IMG/VR virus record: IMGVR_UViG_3300032307_000646
Span: 1-64,000 of that record
Strand: one strand, 5' to 3'
DNA length: 64,000 bases
Source: a virus
In this document: positions 28,159-38,268 of the stretch, piece by piece
Layout of the letters: every line of letters starts with the position of its first letter
How positions within the stretch are numbered: position 1 is the stretch's first letter
Made by a program: the position numbers and the translations under genes
Notes under the pieces: generated by a model
Database searches by the model: none
What the model saw: only the letters and a program-made list of their open reading frames with translations
What the model was told of the DNA's origin: nothing

Positions 28159-29814
28159 TTATAGGCCAATGATGGATTTCATTCTCTGGATTGTCTCATT
28201 AAGTTGCATATCTTCTTTTGCCTTCTTGTTGTAGTCTCTGGCAATTCCTTTGTTTGTGTCTATGCATTCCTCTGGTGACATCTCATCCAGTTGTTCCAGT
28301 GTGAAGAATTTCTTCCCTGTATGTTCTTTCTTATCCAACTTAATATTCTCCGTGTCAAATTCGTTTGTATAGAATACGTTTAATTGAACATCATCCAATT
28401 CGTATGTCTTTAATTTCTTGAAGGATCCCAGTTCAACCCCCGCTTCTTCTTTGATCTCTCTTCTCAATGCTTCCTCTGGGGTCTCACCTTTCTCAATGTG
28501 ACCGCCAAGCATTCCGTACTTGCCAGGGTTTGTTGTTTCCTCTGGGCTTCTCTTAAATAACAATACCTTATTGTCGATCACGATGAACAACAATGCTATT
28601 CTCTTTTTTTCTTTTCCTTCCGCTTCATTCATAATATCGTAAGACTCTTCTTTTGTCTTTCCCCATTTCTTTCCTTTCCCTGGTGTTCCGCAAGATGCTG
28701 GCGTTGGTCTGCATGAAGGGTACTTTGATCTCTCTTCACCAGCTTGTCTTCCGCAGGCCTTGCATTTCTTTTTGCCATCGGTTTTTCTGCATGTGTTGCA
28801 ATCAACCCATCCTTTGCTTCCGCCACCACCTCTTCTTGAGAACCATCCGTGCAATCCGTCTTTTTTCTCCTTTGAGTAGTCGGTCTTCTTCGCTTCATCG
28901 ATATCATCGTCAAAATCTGGATCATAGTTAGGATCCTCTTTACCCACTCTACTCCATTTCTTTTTCTGTATGAAAGGGTCGTTTTTCAATGCGTGTGGTG
29001 TACCATAATGATTTTTCGCGTTATCTTTGAATTCGATATAGTCTGGGTCGTCCAACAAATCCGTTTGAAATTGTTGTCTTGCCGTGGAAATTTCTTCGTT
29101 TTGTTGACCATCCAAATACTCATCCACCCATGCTTGCAATTCGTGAACGTCTGGAGCGTAGTCCTTTCCTTTTCTTCTTGTGATTGCGTCATGCGCTTTG
29201 TATATGAGTTCCTTAACATCATCTGGCGCGTCATTAATATCTTCTTCCTTAAGATCCTTCCAGATCTTTCCTCTTCTGCACTGAACAATGGCACCTGATC
29301 TGTATGCTGATGGTTTGTCGTATTTTCTTCTTGCTATTCTAAGACAACGGTCCGCTTTCTTTTCTTTCTCGTTGATGGCGTCAAAAGACTCCACAACAAG
29401 ATCATCATTGATCAAGCCCATCACTTCCACAAGTCTGTTTAAATTTAATTCATCCATGTTATTTATAAATATATTGTTTTCGTTCAAACCTCTCGGAGAT
29501 CTGTACATATCTTCCCTGTGTGAGAAATCCCTGTTCTGTCCTTTGTTCTCTATGAACCCGAATCCTTTGTAGAAGCTTCTTAATCTTGTCACATTGCCAC
29601 CGTAACTGCTTGATGGTGTGAGAGTTATGGTCCACCCATTGTCGTCCGCGATCTTTGTCAAATCTTCCATGAAAGATGAGCCAACACCTTGTCCCCTCAT
29701 TGTGTAAGGTACGATGAACCCAGTAAGGTAAACTCTCTTTGCCTTATCATTCGGGTATAGCTCAAATCTTATGTCTGGATACTTCTGATCCAGTACGTCA
29801 AAAGGACTGCTCAT
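28159..29814 (-). CDS. multidomain protein: GNAT acetyltransferase + Cys-rich domain + NUDIX hydrolase
   Basis: RGQGVGS...LRSFYKGFGF (GNAT); WVDCNTC..CGR..YPSCRP; GGHIEKGETPEEALRREIKEEAG (Nudix box). Confidence 0.85.
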   Translation of the reverse strand: MSSPFDVLDQKYPDIRFELYPNDKAKRVYLTGFIVPYTMRGQGVGSSFMEDLTKIADDNGWTITLTPSSSYGGNVTRLRSFYKGFGFIENKGQNRDFSHREDMYRSPRGLNENNIFINNMDELNLNRLVEVMGLINDDLVVESFDAINEKEKKADRCLRIARRKYDKPSAYRSGAIVQCRRGKIWKDLKEEDINDAPDDVKELIYKAHDAITRRKGKDYAPDVHELQAWVDEYLDGQQNEEISTARQQFQTDLLDDPDYIEFKDNAKNHYGTPHALKNDPFIQKKKWSRVGKEDPNYDPDFDDDIDEAKKTDYSKEKKDGLHGWFSRRGGGGSKGWVDCNTCRKTDGKKKCKACGRQAGEERSKYPSCRPTPASCGTPGKGKKWGKTKEESYDIMNEAEGKEKKRIALLFIVIDNKVLLFKRSPEETTNPGKYGMLGGHIEKGETPEEALRREIKEEAGVELGSFKKLKTYELDDVQLNVFYTNEFDTENIKLDKKEHTGKKFFTLEQLDEMSPEECIDTNKGIARDYNKKAKEDMQLNETIQRMKSIIGL

Positions 29815-30007
29815 TACTTATAAATACTTCATCATTTTGGTTTGTACCCCTTACGGAATAATACGCTTTATGTACCAAATCATGGTGAGGTAGTTTATGG
29901 TGATGCAGGCATCTCTTGAGTCTGTCGATCTCAGCGCGCAATTCGTCTATAAAGCCTTGGGAATGAGCTTCATAGTAGATTTCTTCGGTGTACTCTTCGT
30001 TTGTCAT
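29798..30007 (-). CDS. hypothetical protein
   Basis: start at MTNEEY. Confidence 0.55.
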   Translation of the reverse strand: MTNEEYTEEIYYEAHSQGFIDELRAEIDRLKRCLHHHKLPHHDLVHKAYYSVRGTNQNDEVFISNEQSF

Positions 30008-30094
30008 GGGGCTCTGGGGTTTTCTTATATATATCGCCAAAACTAATAAAAAATCCCGCTTTTGGCGGGATTTAATGACCTTGTGAAAATTATT

Positions 30095-30919
30095 TTATTT
30101 TGCTTTTAATAATTCAATTAATTGTTCCTTTGTGAGTGATTGCAAAAACTCTTCTGTGGTATCTCTTTTACCCAGATTCTTTTCACCACACTCAGGACAG
30201 AACTTATGATTTGATTTTAACTTGGTGTTGCATTTCGCGCACTTCTCAACCAGATCCTTAGCAACCTTCGGTTGATAACTGTGTGGCATGATTTGCCAGT
30301 CATCTATCCATGTGTAGAACCATTCGAAGTCTCCGTTGGTTGATTTTAACTCCTGATTACTTAGACCACCTTTTTCAACAGAACCAGTTTCCATCTTTCT
30401 GTTGCTGTTGGAGATGTTTACATCTGAAACACAGTTTGTTAAGAAAGTGTTATTGACACCGTTAAAGTTAATAGATTTATTGTAGTCGGTGTAAGTGATC
30501 TCACTCCAACCAAATCCAGATGAACCATTATAGATTGTACCGTAACTTAAACTTCTTGGTCTTTCTTTAACTTCTCTGTAGAACTTAACTGTAACCTTTC
30601 CGTTGTCAACGATGGCATCTTTGGTTTCGTTATTATTATTCACCACATAAGTTTCATAAAGGAATTTCTTCTCATCGTCCAGGAATCTTTCGAGGAATAC
30701 TCGTTGACCTGGTTTTAGAATGATACCAGAATTTGAAATGGGCGTACCATTCAAATCGATCATTGCCATTATTTTTTCTTTTGTGGGATTGTAAAGTTCG
30801 ATCTCGAACTCTGTTTGGTCTTTCATGTAGACCAACTTTCCGTTTTGACGGAGTCTTTGTTTGTTTACTGTGACGAACGCACTAGGCGCAGGTACAGTGT
30901 TAATGTACGTGTATAACAT
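30095..30919 (-). CDS. protein with C-terminal zinc ribbon
   Basis: CAKC...FCPECG; terminator hairpin downstream. Confidence 0.8.
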   Translation of the reverse strand: MLYTYINTVPAPSAFVTVNKQRLRQNGKLVYMKDQTEFEIELYNPTKEKIMAMIDLNGTPISNSGIILKPGQRVFLERFLDDEKKFLYETYVVNNNNETKDAIVDNGKVTVKFYREVKERPRSLSYGTIYNGSSGFGWSEITYTDYNKSINFNGVNNTFLTNCVSDVNISNSNRKMETGSVEKGGLSNQELKSTNGDFEWFYTWIDDWQIMPHSYQPKVAKDLVEKCAKCNTKLKSNHKFCPECGEKNLGKRDTTEEFLQSLTKEQLIELLKAK

Positions 30920-31105
30920 TTTTCCTTATATTTTTTTTTGTATTTGGTGTCCATATCGTTGGCATCAATTCCAACTCAAACGCATCCAGTACGCATGGAA
31001 CCCAATCACAAGGTCTCCAATAAATATAGCTTACTTTAAAAAAGTTTCAACTATTTATATGTAGAAAAGCATATAATTTTAATTATATGTGAAAAAACAT
31101 ATATT

Positions 31106-31525
31106 ATGGAAAAAAATGTATTAAATGAAGTTAACAAGATCCGTAAGATGATGGGTCTTAATGAGAGCAGCAACGGTGAAATGGGGTATAACCCAAGTCC
31201 ACTTGGTGAGGCTAATGGCTCTGATAGCGTTGGTATTATCACAAGCAATGGTAAATTAATGGCTGGTTACTTCCAGGAGTTTGGTTTAGTTTCAGCTGGT
31301 GACACCATTCTATTCGATAACGAAGGCAAGTTGGTTAAAAAGGGTGGTGGTTATCCATCAAGCGGTTTTAAAAACCACGAGGACACCAAAGAACTTGAAA
31401 AAGATATTTGCAATAACTACGAGGAGATATTGGATATCTTCAGACAAAGTGCCCCAAAAGTGGTTAACCTTAATGAGGGTTATAACGTAATAAAAAAAGC
31501 TGTTGAATGCGATTTAGTTTATTAA
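31106..31525 (+). CDS. hypothetical protein with LNEVNKIRKMMGL motif
   Basis: TATTTATA at 31052; shared helix motif. Confidence 0.75.
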   Translation: MEKNVLNEVNKIRKMMGLNESSNGEMGYNPSPLGEANGSDSVGIITSNGKLMAGYFQEFGLVSAGDTILFDNEGKLVKKGGGYPSSGFKNHEDTKELEKDICNNYEEILDIFRQSAPKVVNLNEGYNVIKKAVECDLVY

Positions 31526-31526
31526 T

Positions 31527-31925
31527 ATGAAATCAACAAAAGTAACCGTAAGAGCGAATGGTGGTACCTGGATGGTAAACGCCAATGGTTCGGATTATAA
31601 ACAAATAGGTGGAAGCGAAACTTTCACATACACCGATTCCAAATCTAGCGATGTGGATGTTGCTGGTGAATTTTATAACGATAACATCGTTATCCAATTT
31701 GAAATGAACAATCCATGGATCGGTTCACCATGGGCCGCGGTTGGTCAAGCAATGGGTGACAGCGGTTGGGATAATGATAGAACGAGTATGGATGAGGGTG
31801 ACTCACATGTATTCTCCACAACCATATACAACGATGATGATGAGTACACCTTTAAAACAAGGGTGTTAAGGTTATCAGATACAGATACGAAAAACTTCGA
31901 GGTTTGGCCTGGATGGTACGAATAA
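31527..31925 (+). CDS. hypothetical beta-rich protein
   Basis: tightly coupled ORF. Confidence 0.7.
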   Translation: MKSTKVTVRANGGTWMVNANGSDYKQIGGSETFTYTDSKSSDVDVAGEFYNDNIVIQFEMNNPWIGSPWAAVGQAMGDSGWDNDRTSMDEGDSHVFSTTIYNDDDEYTFKTRVLRLSDTDTKNFEVWPGWYE

Positions 31926-31946
31926 AATTATAATTTTTTATCCATC

Positions 31947-33050
31947 ATGTCAAGACGTCCGATAGCATTTAATAACTCAACAAAAACCAACAATTCTATC
32001 AAAAAAAATAAGATAGAGATTGGTGTGGCGTCAGATAATTACGCGAACAACCCAGGTGGGTTAACCTGGTTTAACGGACCAGATTCAACAAATCAATATG
32101 TAATATACTCTGACACATATAGCCTCGGTATGAGTACGTTGGCGAATTCTAAACCAGTTTGTTGGGGTAGCGGCGACATGACCGATGCTAATGTGCTTAG
32201 AATGATTAACGGGTTACCAACAAGGAATAACCAGGCACCGTTTACAACTATCGCATCGGCTTTAAGTTGGGTCGCGTCCAGTTCTGTTTTTAATGTTGTT
32301 TCTGGGGTTTTACCCGACATTGTAACCAACGGGTTAATCCTAAATTTAGATGCCACACAAAAAGCTTCATACCCAGGGTCTGGTACAACTTGGTACGATC
32401 TGAGTGGACAAGATAATAACGCGACTATTAATACCGCAAATTATAATGCTTCTGGTTACTTTACATCAGTGGTTTCACCAGGTTACGCTTCCTTATTAGA
32501 ATTCACAACACAAATCACGGGTAGCTTGGCCACAGCTTTATCCGTAACCTCTGGTGGGTGGTCAATAGAGGAATGGGTGCTTACTAATGATACCACATAC
32601 CCAGAAGCTGCCGCTGGTAGCGTTGTTTCTAATAGTGGTTACGGTGCTGGTGAAATAGGGTTTGACTGGAATCACGGTCAAACTGGGATGTCGCAATTTC
32701 AAATGGGTGCTAGCTGGAATGTTGGTCAACCCGCCACTTACGATGTTAGGGGGTACATAACATTAAACGCCTCGTTTAGTAACTACGGATCATGGTATCT
32801 TAGACATATGTTTTGGAATCGAGACACCGCTAAAATGGGCGTGTATTACAATGGGGTTTTTCAAGGTGATATTAATATGTCGGTTTTAAACGGTTACCCT
32901 ATTTGTGATGGGGGTGTAATATCATGGGGGCAACTATATGGTTGGAGACATGATGGGGCGAGAGCTGGTATGAAGGTGTATAACAGAGTATTATCCGCTA
33001 GTGAGGTTTTACAAAACTTTAACGCACAAAAATCAAGATTCGGTTATTAA
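31947..33050 (+). CDS. LamG/ConA-like domain protein, probably virion-associated
   Basis: IVTNGLILNLDA..SYPGSGTTWYDLSG, YNRVLS..EV.QNF motifs. Confidence 0.8.
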   Translation: MSRRPIAFNNSTKTNNSIKKNKIEIGVASDNYANNPGGLTWFNGPDSTNQYVIYSDTYSLGMSTLANSKPVCWGSGDMTDANVLRMINGLPTRNNQAPFTTIASALSWVASSSVFNVVSGVLPDIVTNGLILNLDATQKASYPGSGTTWYDLSGQDNNATINTANYNASGYFTSVVSPGYASLLEFTTQITGSLATALSVTSGGWSIEEWVLTNDTTYPEAAAGSVVSNSGYGAGEIGFDWNHGQTGMSQFQMGASWNVGQPATYDVRGYITLNASFSNYGSWYLRHMFWNRDTAKMGVYYNGVFQGDINMSVLNGYPICDGGVISWGQLYGWRHDGARAGMKVYNRVLSASEVLQNFNAQKSRFGY

Positions 33051-33061
33051 AAATATAGGTT

Positions 33062-34081
33062 ATGTCAAGACGTCCAATAGCATTTAACAATTCCAGTAAA
33101 AGCAACAACTCCATTAAAAAAAATAAAGTGGAGATAGGGCTTGCAACTGATAACTACGCCAGCAATCCAGGTGGGTTGACTTGGTTTAACGGCCCAGATT
33201 CCACTAACCAGTATGTGATTTATTCAGATACCTATAGCTTAGGTATGACAACACTAGCAAACGCTAAACCAGTTTGTTGGGGTAGTGGTGATATGAGTGA
33301 CGCGAACATACTTAGAATGATAAACGGGTTACCAACAAGGAATAACCAAGCACCGTTTACAACCATAGCCTCAGCATTAAGCTGGGTAGCATCTAGTTCT
33401 GTTTTTAATGTTGTTAGCGGAGCTCTGGATAATATCGTAACAAATGGGCTGGTTATTAATCTGGACGCCTCACAAAAAGCATCATACCCAGGATCTGGTA
33501 ACACCTGGTATAATTTAGCTGGTAGTGAAAACGGGACAATTATAAACGGTACAACATACGGGAGTTCAAATAATGGTATCATAACATTTGATGGTGTTGA
33601 TGACGCTGTTGAAATATATGGTTATAACTGGTCGCATACACAAGTTACGGTATGCGCTTTTATAAAACCAGCAACCGATTGCCCTTCTGGTGATAACAAT
33701 ATCGTGACAATTGAAAATAGTTTTGAGTATCGATATAATAACCGTGGTGATGGGACCGCAAGCGTATGGTACGCATCAAATCCATGGGCTTGGTTTGGTT
33801 CTGGTACGATAACTTTAGGTCAGTGGCAAATGGTTACGTTTAGACACAACACAACAACAAACATAGGTGATATATGGGCTAATGGTTCACAAATATTTTC
33901 ACAAGCGATAAACGGTGGTATCGCAACAAGAACTGATAATATAAAAATAATGGGGAGATATTGTTGTGCTGGTAGTCCAGCTAAAGGTGATTTAGGTGCT
34001 ATTTTGATCTATAATAGACCTTTAAGTAATAGCGAAATAATACAAAACTTTAACGCCTTAAAAACAAAATACGGATTATGA
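33062..34081 (+). CDS. LamG/ConA-like domain protein, paralog
   Basis: near-identical N-terminus to 31947 gene; FDGVDD, YNRPLS..EI.QNF. Confidence 0.8.
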   Translation: MSRRPIAFNNSSKSNNSIKKNKVEIGLATDNYASNPGGLTWFNGPDSTNQYVIYSDTYSLGMTTLANAKPVCWGSGDMSDANILRMINGLPTRNNQAPFTTIASALSWVASSSVFNVVSGALDNIVTNGLVINLDASQKASYPGSGNTWYNLAGSENGTIINGTTYGSSNNGIITFDGVDDAVEIYGYNWSHTQVTVCAFIKPATDCPSGDNNIVTIENSFEYRYNNRGDGTASVWYASNPWAWFGSGTITLGQWQMVTFRHNTTTNIGDIWANGSQIFSQAINGGIATRTDNIKIMGRYCCAGSPAKGDLGAILIYNRPLSNSEIIQNFNALKTKYGL

Positions 34082-34323
34082 TGAAATATTTAATAATCAA
34101 CGCTTCGGAAATTAATTTAATTGACTTTGAAACGATACAACAAACGTCAGCTGAAAAACTTAGGAAATCAATAGACGGTCAAAAAACTGTTGTAAAATGG
34201 TTAGGTGCTACGCCTGAGTGGGTGAACAATTTAACAGTTAAAGAAGGCCCTTACAATGAGAGTGAAATATTGGTGATAATGGCCACACCATATTGGTGGT
34301 TTGTTGATGGTGGTGAGGAGTAA
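34078..34323 (+). CDS. small conserved phage protein
   Basis: IDF..I..TS...LRKS.DG..T.VKW motif. Confidence 0.7.
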   Translation: MMKYLIINASEINLIDFETIQQTSAEKLRKSIDGQKTVVKWLGATPEWVNNLTVKEGPYNESEILVIMATPYWWFVDGGEE

Positions 34324-34391
34324 AAATTATTACCATAAAAGGTGTTTTATATAACCTTTATGATATTTATATAAGTAAAACATATTAAAGA

Positions 34392-35204
34392 ATGAAAAAA
34401 CCCCTATTAAACGAAGAGATCACTAGAATCCGTAAGATTATGGGCCTTAATGAAAGTGAAGAATTGGATTTATCTAAAATGGATAACCCAAACGCTTATA
34501 CCGATGATATCATTAATCATAACGCTGAAAAAGAATACGTTGATTTTGAAAAGGATTATGATTTCGACTTTGAGAAAGCTGCAATAGAATCCGCTTCTGG
34601 TGAAGAAGTTGTACAAAGAGAATTTGACGATTATGACAGACCACTATATTATAGTGTTAAGGACGATAACGTACACTACTTTATTGGTGATGGGGATAAT
34701 GGTCCTATGATTGTTAAGTATAACGCTGAGACTGGTGAGAGATACCCTATTGGTGACCTAAGAGATTATGACGCACCTGAACTTTCTGAAGGTGATGACG
34801 AAACTGAAGGCCCGATTGCAATATACAAAATGTACAAAAAAGGTGAAGTAAGTCAAAAAGATCTTAACGCTTTAATGGGTATTTGGGATAGAGCTGATAA
34901 AGAGAAATTGATGGCTTATATAAGATCACAAAAAGAAGAAGGTATTAACGAAATAGATGAATCGGAAATTTCTGAAGGTTCTATGGAAAGCGGCGTGTAC
35001 TACGATACAACAGTTGCACACGAAATAAAAAGCAAAGTAGGTAATCTACATAAAATAGCACCTTATGTTCTTGAGATAGGTGATAGAGTTATTGAAGACA
35101 TTTCTGGTAAAATATCAGTATATGACGGCGGTAACTTAGTTGAGAAGTTTAACGATGTTGATGCTTTCTTAATTGGAATAAAATACGGGGCAACACCAGT
35201 TTAA
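34392..35204 (+). CDS. acidic protein with LNEEITRIRKIMGL motif
   Basis: TATTTATA at 34364. Confidence 0.8.
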   Translation: MKKPLLNEEITRIRKIMGLNESEELDLSKMDNPNAYTDDIINHNAEKEYVDFEKDYDFDFEKAAIESASGEEVVQREFDDYDRPLYYSVKDDNVHYFIGDGDNGPMIVKYNAETGERYPIGDLRDYDAPELSEGDDETEGPIAIYKMYKKGEVSQKDLNALMGIWDRADKEKLMAYIRSQKEEGINEIDESEISEGSMESGVYYDTTVAHEIKSKVGNLHKIAPYVLEIGDRVIEDISGKISVYDGGNLVEKFNDVDAFLIGIKYGATPV

Positions 35205-35205
35205 T

Positions 35206-36126
35206 ATGAGTAGAAAACCAACATTAACTGAAGAGTTATTTAGAATCCATGAGATGATGGGTCTGACTGAAAACCAGTTGGATATGTTTGCTGGTACAGA
35301 GGACGCGGCGCCAGAAGAGAGTGCTGAAGATTCCCATATCGGTAAAAGAGTCATGGTTTATTATAACCTTCATAAAAAAACTTTCTCAATACAATATAAA
35401 GGTCTTGTGATCGCTCATGCTGACTATGTTAAACTTAATAACGTTGAGTTTAGAGTTAGACAAGGTGGTATGGAAAAAGTTAGGGCTGAGATGTCAAAGA
35501 ATGTTCATGCGTTCGTTATTGGCGATTTAGTTGATTTCATTGCTTACCCATCAACTGATATACCATCAGCAACTAGTTCAAAATCAATAACATACGATCC
35601 ATATAAATACGATACATTTGTTTACAGAGACACAGAGGAACCTGTAACCAATGCTCGTGAGGTTGAAATGATCAACCAACCAGGTGGGAAAATTTTCCAG
35701 ATAAATGAAGTTCTTTCAGAAAACTGGTCTTATGATGACAATAAGATAAATCAATTCGTTGTTGAGGCGGAAAAGGATGTGCAAATGGCTGATAACCTAA
35801 TTAATAAATTTGGTGTTAACGTTGTTAACATGACGTTAAAAGATATTCACGATAACATAGCACAAATGGAGTCCGCAAAAGAAAAATTAGAGGCTAGTAA
35901 AGACTATATCACCCGTAAATACGAAAAGTTTTATGATATCGTTGAGACTTACGAGGTTGGGGAATACCCCGATAACGTTTCTAAATTATATGATTTATCG
36001 AACAAATTAGACAACCAAAAGGAATCTTTATCAGATCTAGCCGAAACATTTAATACATTAATTGATGCAGCTAAATGGTTGGGAAAATACAATAAAGAAA
36101 TTTTCGATATACAGAACATAAAATGA
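35206..36126 (+). CDS. multidomain protein with LTEELFRIHEMMGL motif
   Basis: central VYYNLHK...KNVHAFV domain, helical C-terminus. Confidence 0.8.
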   Translation: MSRKPTLTEELFRIHEMMGLTENQLDMFAGTEDAAPEESAEDSHIGKRVMVYYNLHKKTFSIQYKGLVIAHADYVKLNNVEFRVRQGGMEKVRAEMSKNVHAFVIGDLVDFIAYPSTDIPSATSSKSITYDPYKYDTFVYRDTEEPVTNAREVEMINQPGGKIFQINEVLSENWSYDDNKINQFVVEAEKDVQMADNLINKFGVNVVNMTLKDIHDNIAQMESAKEKLEASKDYITRKYEKFYDIVETYEVGEYPDNVSKLYDLSNKLDNQKESLSDLAETFNTLIDAAKWLGKYNKEIFDIQNIK

Positions 36127-37388
36127 ACAAACCAACAGCAGTAAACTACACAGGTACACAAACGCCTTATGGTACTAAACACGACAACATTGAGATCGGG
36201 GATGCTTCGATTGATTACAGAGATAACGACAGTGGGTTAGTATGGTATAATTCACCAGAGACTACTGGTAAATATATAATATTTTCAGCCGCAAATGATA
36301 ACGGTTATATGACAGCCACACCATTATTTTGGGTTTGTGATCAGACTGATAGTGAGTTGTTAAGGTTGGTGAACGGTTTACCAAATAGACGCGGTGAGAC
36401 ACCTTTTACTACAGCTATACAAGCAACCGACTGGTTAAATTCTGAAACTAATTACTATTTATTAACTGGTGAAGGTGGTGGTGGAAACCCAACTGGGTTT
36501 ACAATCACTATAACACAATCTGGTAGTGATGTTGTTGTGAATGCTTCTGGTACACTTAATCTAGCTGATTTAAATTATATCGGTCAATCACAAGGTATGG
36601 GACCTGGTGGGCTCGGCGGACCAACATCAACATTCATAATCGGTGGCAGCCTTGGTTATTTTGATCAATATACTGGATCAACATTTAACACACCAGCGTC
36701 CTTTGGTATGTTCAGTGGACCAGCCAATTCTGGTTCTGGTGATACGGTTGGTGTTATTATGAATGGGCAACCACCATATATATTAGCTGTTCCGACAGGT
36801 TACACATCTAACCAAAGTATAACAAGTACAATGACATTTACAAACACAAGTATAGCGACAATGGGGTTAACCGAAGGTACGTTTACATATACTTGGGGAA
36901 CTGGTGGAAACGCTGATGCGATAAATATGGTTATTGGTGGAACTAGCGGTACATCTGGTACTTCAGGCACTGGTGGAACTGGTGGCGGAGCTGGATGGTT
37001 CTTCTATAGTGATGAGGGATCTTTAAATGCTGGTCCACCGTCAAGTAATGGTAATGCCATATTTGTTGATAATAGTGGTATGGGTGGTAACACCGAAACC
37101 TTTAACCCGAATAAAGTTAACGGAAGAACACTTTATTTCCACCAATACGATAGTACTGGGGTGGATTACGCAACACAATTTGCCGCTTTACAAACTAATG
37201 GTGGAACATTAAGTATTACACAAAATGGGCAAACAGCGACATATACAACAGCCAACCCTAATATGTTTGTGTATACCGCTTTATCTGGTAACAACAGTTT
37301 GTTGGTTAATACGGGTATGTTAACACAAACCTCAACAACGGTTAATCCATTTGTTTACGGTGACCCAATAACACTTTCATTTAGTTAA
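36123..37388 (+). CDS. Gly/Thr-rich beta protein with shared N-terminal module
   Basis: N-terminus related to 31947/33062 proteins; Gly linkers. Confidence 0.75.
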   Translation: MNKPTAVNYTGTQTPYGTKHDNIEIGDASIDYRDNDSGLVWYNSPETTGKYIIFSAANDNGYMTATPLFWVCDQTDSELLRLVNGLPNRRGETPFTTAIQATDWLNSETNYYLLTGEGGGGNPTGFTITITQSGSDVVVNASGTLNLADLNYIGQSQGMGPGGLGGPTSTFIIGGSLGYFDQYTGSTFNTPASFGMFSGPANSGSGDTVGVIMNGQPPYILAVPTGYTSNQSITSTMTFTNTSIATMGLTEGTFTYTWGTGGNADAINMVIGGTSGTSGTSGTGGTGGGAGWFFYSDEGSLNAGPPSSNGNAIFVDNSGMGGNTETFNPNKVNGRTLYFHQYDSTGVDYATQFAALQTNGGTLSITQNGQTATYTTANPNMFVYTALSGNNSLLVNTGMLTQTSTTVNPFVYGDPITLSFS

Positions 37389-37406
37389 AAAAAATATTAA
37401 TATATC

Positions 37407-38258
37407 ATGGCAACAGCAAGACCTTACGCATATAACCCAGGGGCACCGATATCTGGGACACAACAAGTCGGTGATTTGGCAATCGGAACACCCGATTCTG
37501 GTTTCACAAATAACCCACAATTTTGGAACGGGCCTGACGAGGAGTTGGGTTATGTAATAGCATTACCAGTTCCAGATAATAGTCAACCAACACCAATACC
37601 TGGTGTAACAGCTTCCGTTCGTTTTCTGAGATCTGGGGCTTTAACAGAAGAATCATTTGTTGGTTTAGTTAACACACAATTCAATCAGAATCATCAAAAC
37701 GCTTTTGATGCTAAAGATTGGCTAACCGCACAGGGATATTTCAGTACTTTTTCAGCTTTTGGAAGTTCTGGATTCCAATGGATGACAATGACTGAGATTA
37801 ACGAAAGTGATGCACATGGAATAGGACAAAATAACATCACAATTAATATTGCACAATCAGGTGGTGGTATGGCTATTGAGCCTGGTATGTATAGTGCAGA
37901 CACATTCCCTGAAGAATATGGTGTACCTATTGTTGGCGACCAAATTCAAAACAGCCAGGATGGTATATTTACCGCAACATTTAGTCAACCTGTGACAGAT
38001 CCTTTGGTCGCGTTTGCGAGTGTTGGTAATCCAAGTCTATATGTCCCAGTTATTGTTTCAGCACCATTCACACCAATTTGGGGTCAAGATACAACATACC
38101 AAAACCCATCTGGATTAACCCAATACACACAGTTTACTGGTAACGAAGGGTTTAATATTATCCGTATAGATGGTACTCACACGTCAATTAGTTTTAACTA
38201 CACTGTTGCTGAGTACTACAGTACAATTTGTTTTGGTTTTGTTGATCAGAACCCTTAA
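37407..38258 (+). CDS. beta-rich protein with shared N-terminal module
   Basis: RP.AYN, WNGPDE..GYVI, A..WL motifs. Confidence 0.75.
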   Translation: MATARPYAYNPGAPISGTQQVGDLAIGTPDSGFTNNPQFWNGPDEELGYVIALPVPDNSQPTPIPGVTASVRFLRSGALTEESFVGLVNTQFNQNHQNAFDAKDWLTAQGYFSTFSAFGSSGFQWMTMTEINESDAHGIGQNNITINIAQSGGGMAIEPGMYSADTFPEEYGVPIVGDQIQNSQDGIFTATFSQPVTDPLVAFASVGNPSLYVPVIVSAPFTPIWGQDTTYQNPSGLTQYTQFTGNEGFNIIRIDGTHTSISFNYTVAEYYSTICFGFVDQNP

Positions 38259-38268
38259 TTATTTTTAA

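Noticed and set aside
31947-33500. DGR template/variable repeat pair
   Set aside because: Differences are mostly synonymous and not adenine-specific, lie at the N-terminus, and no reverse transcriptase is present; this is an ordinary duplication.
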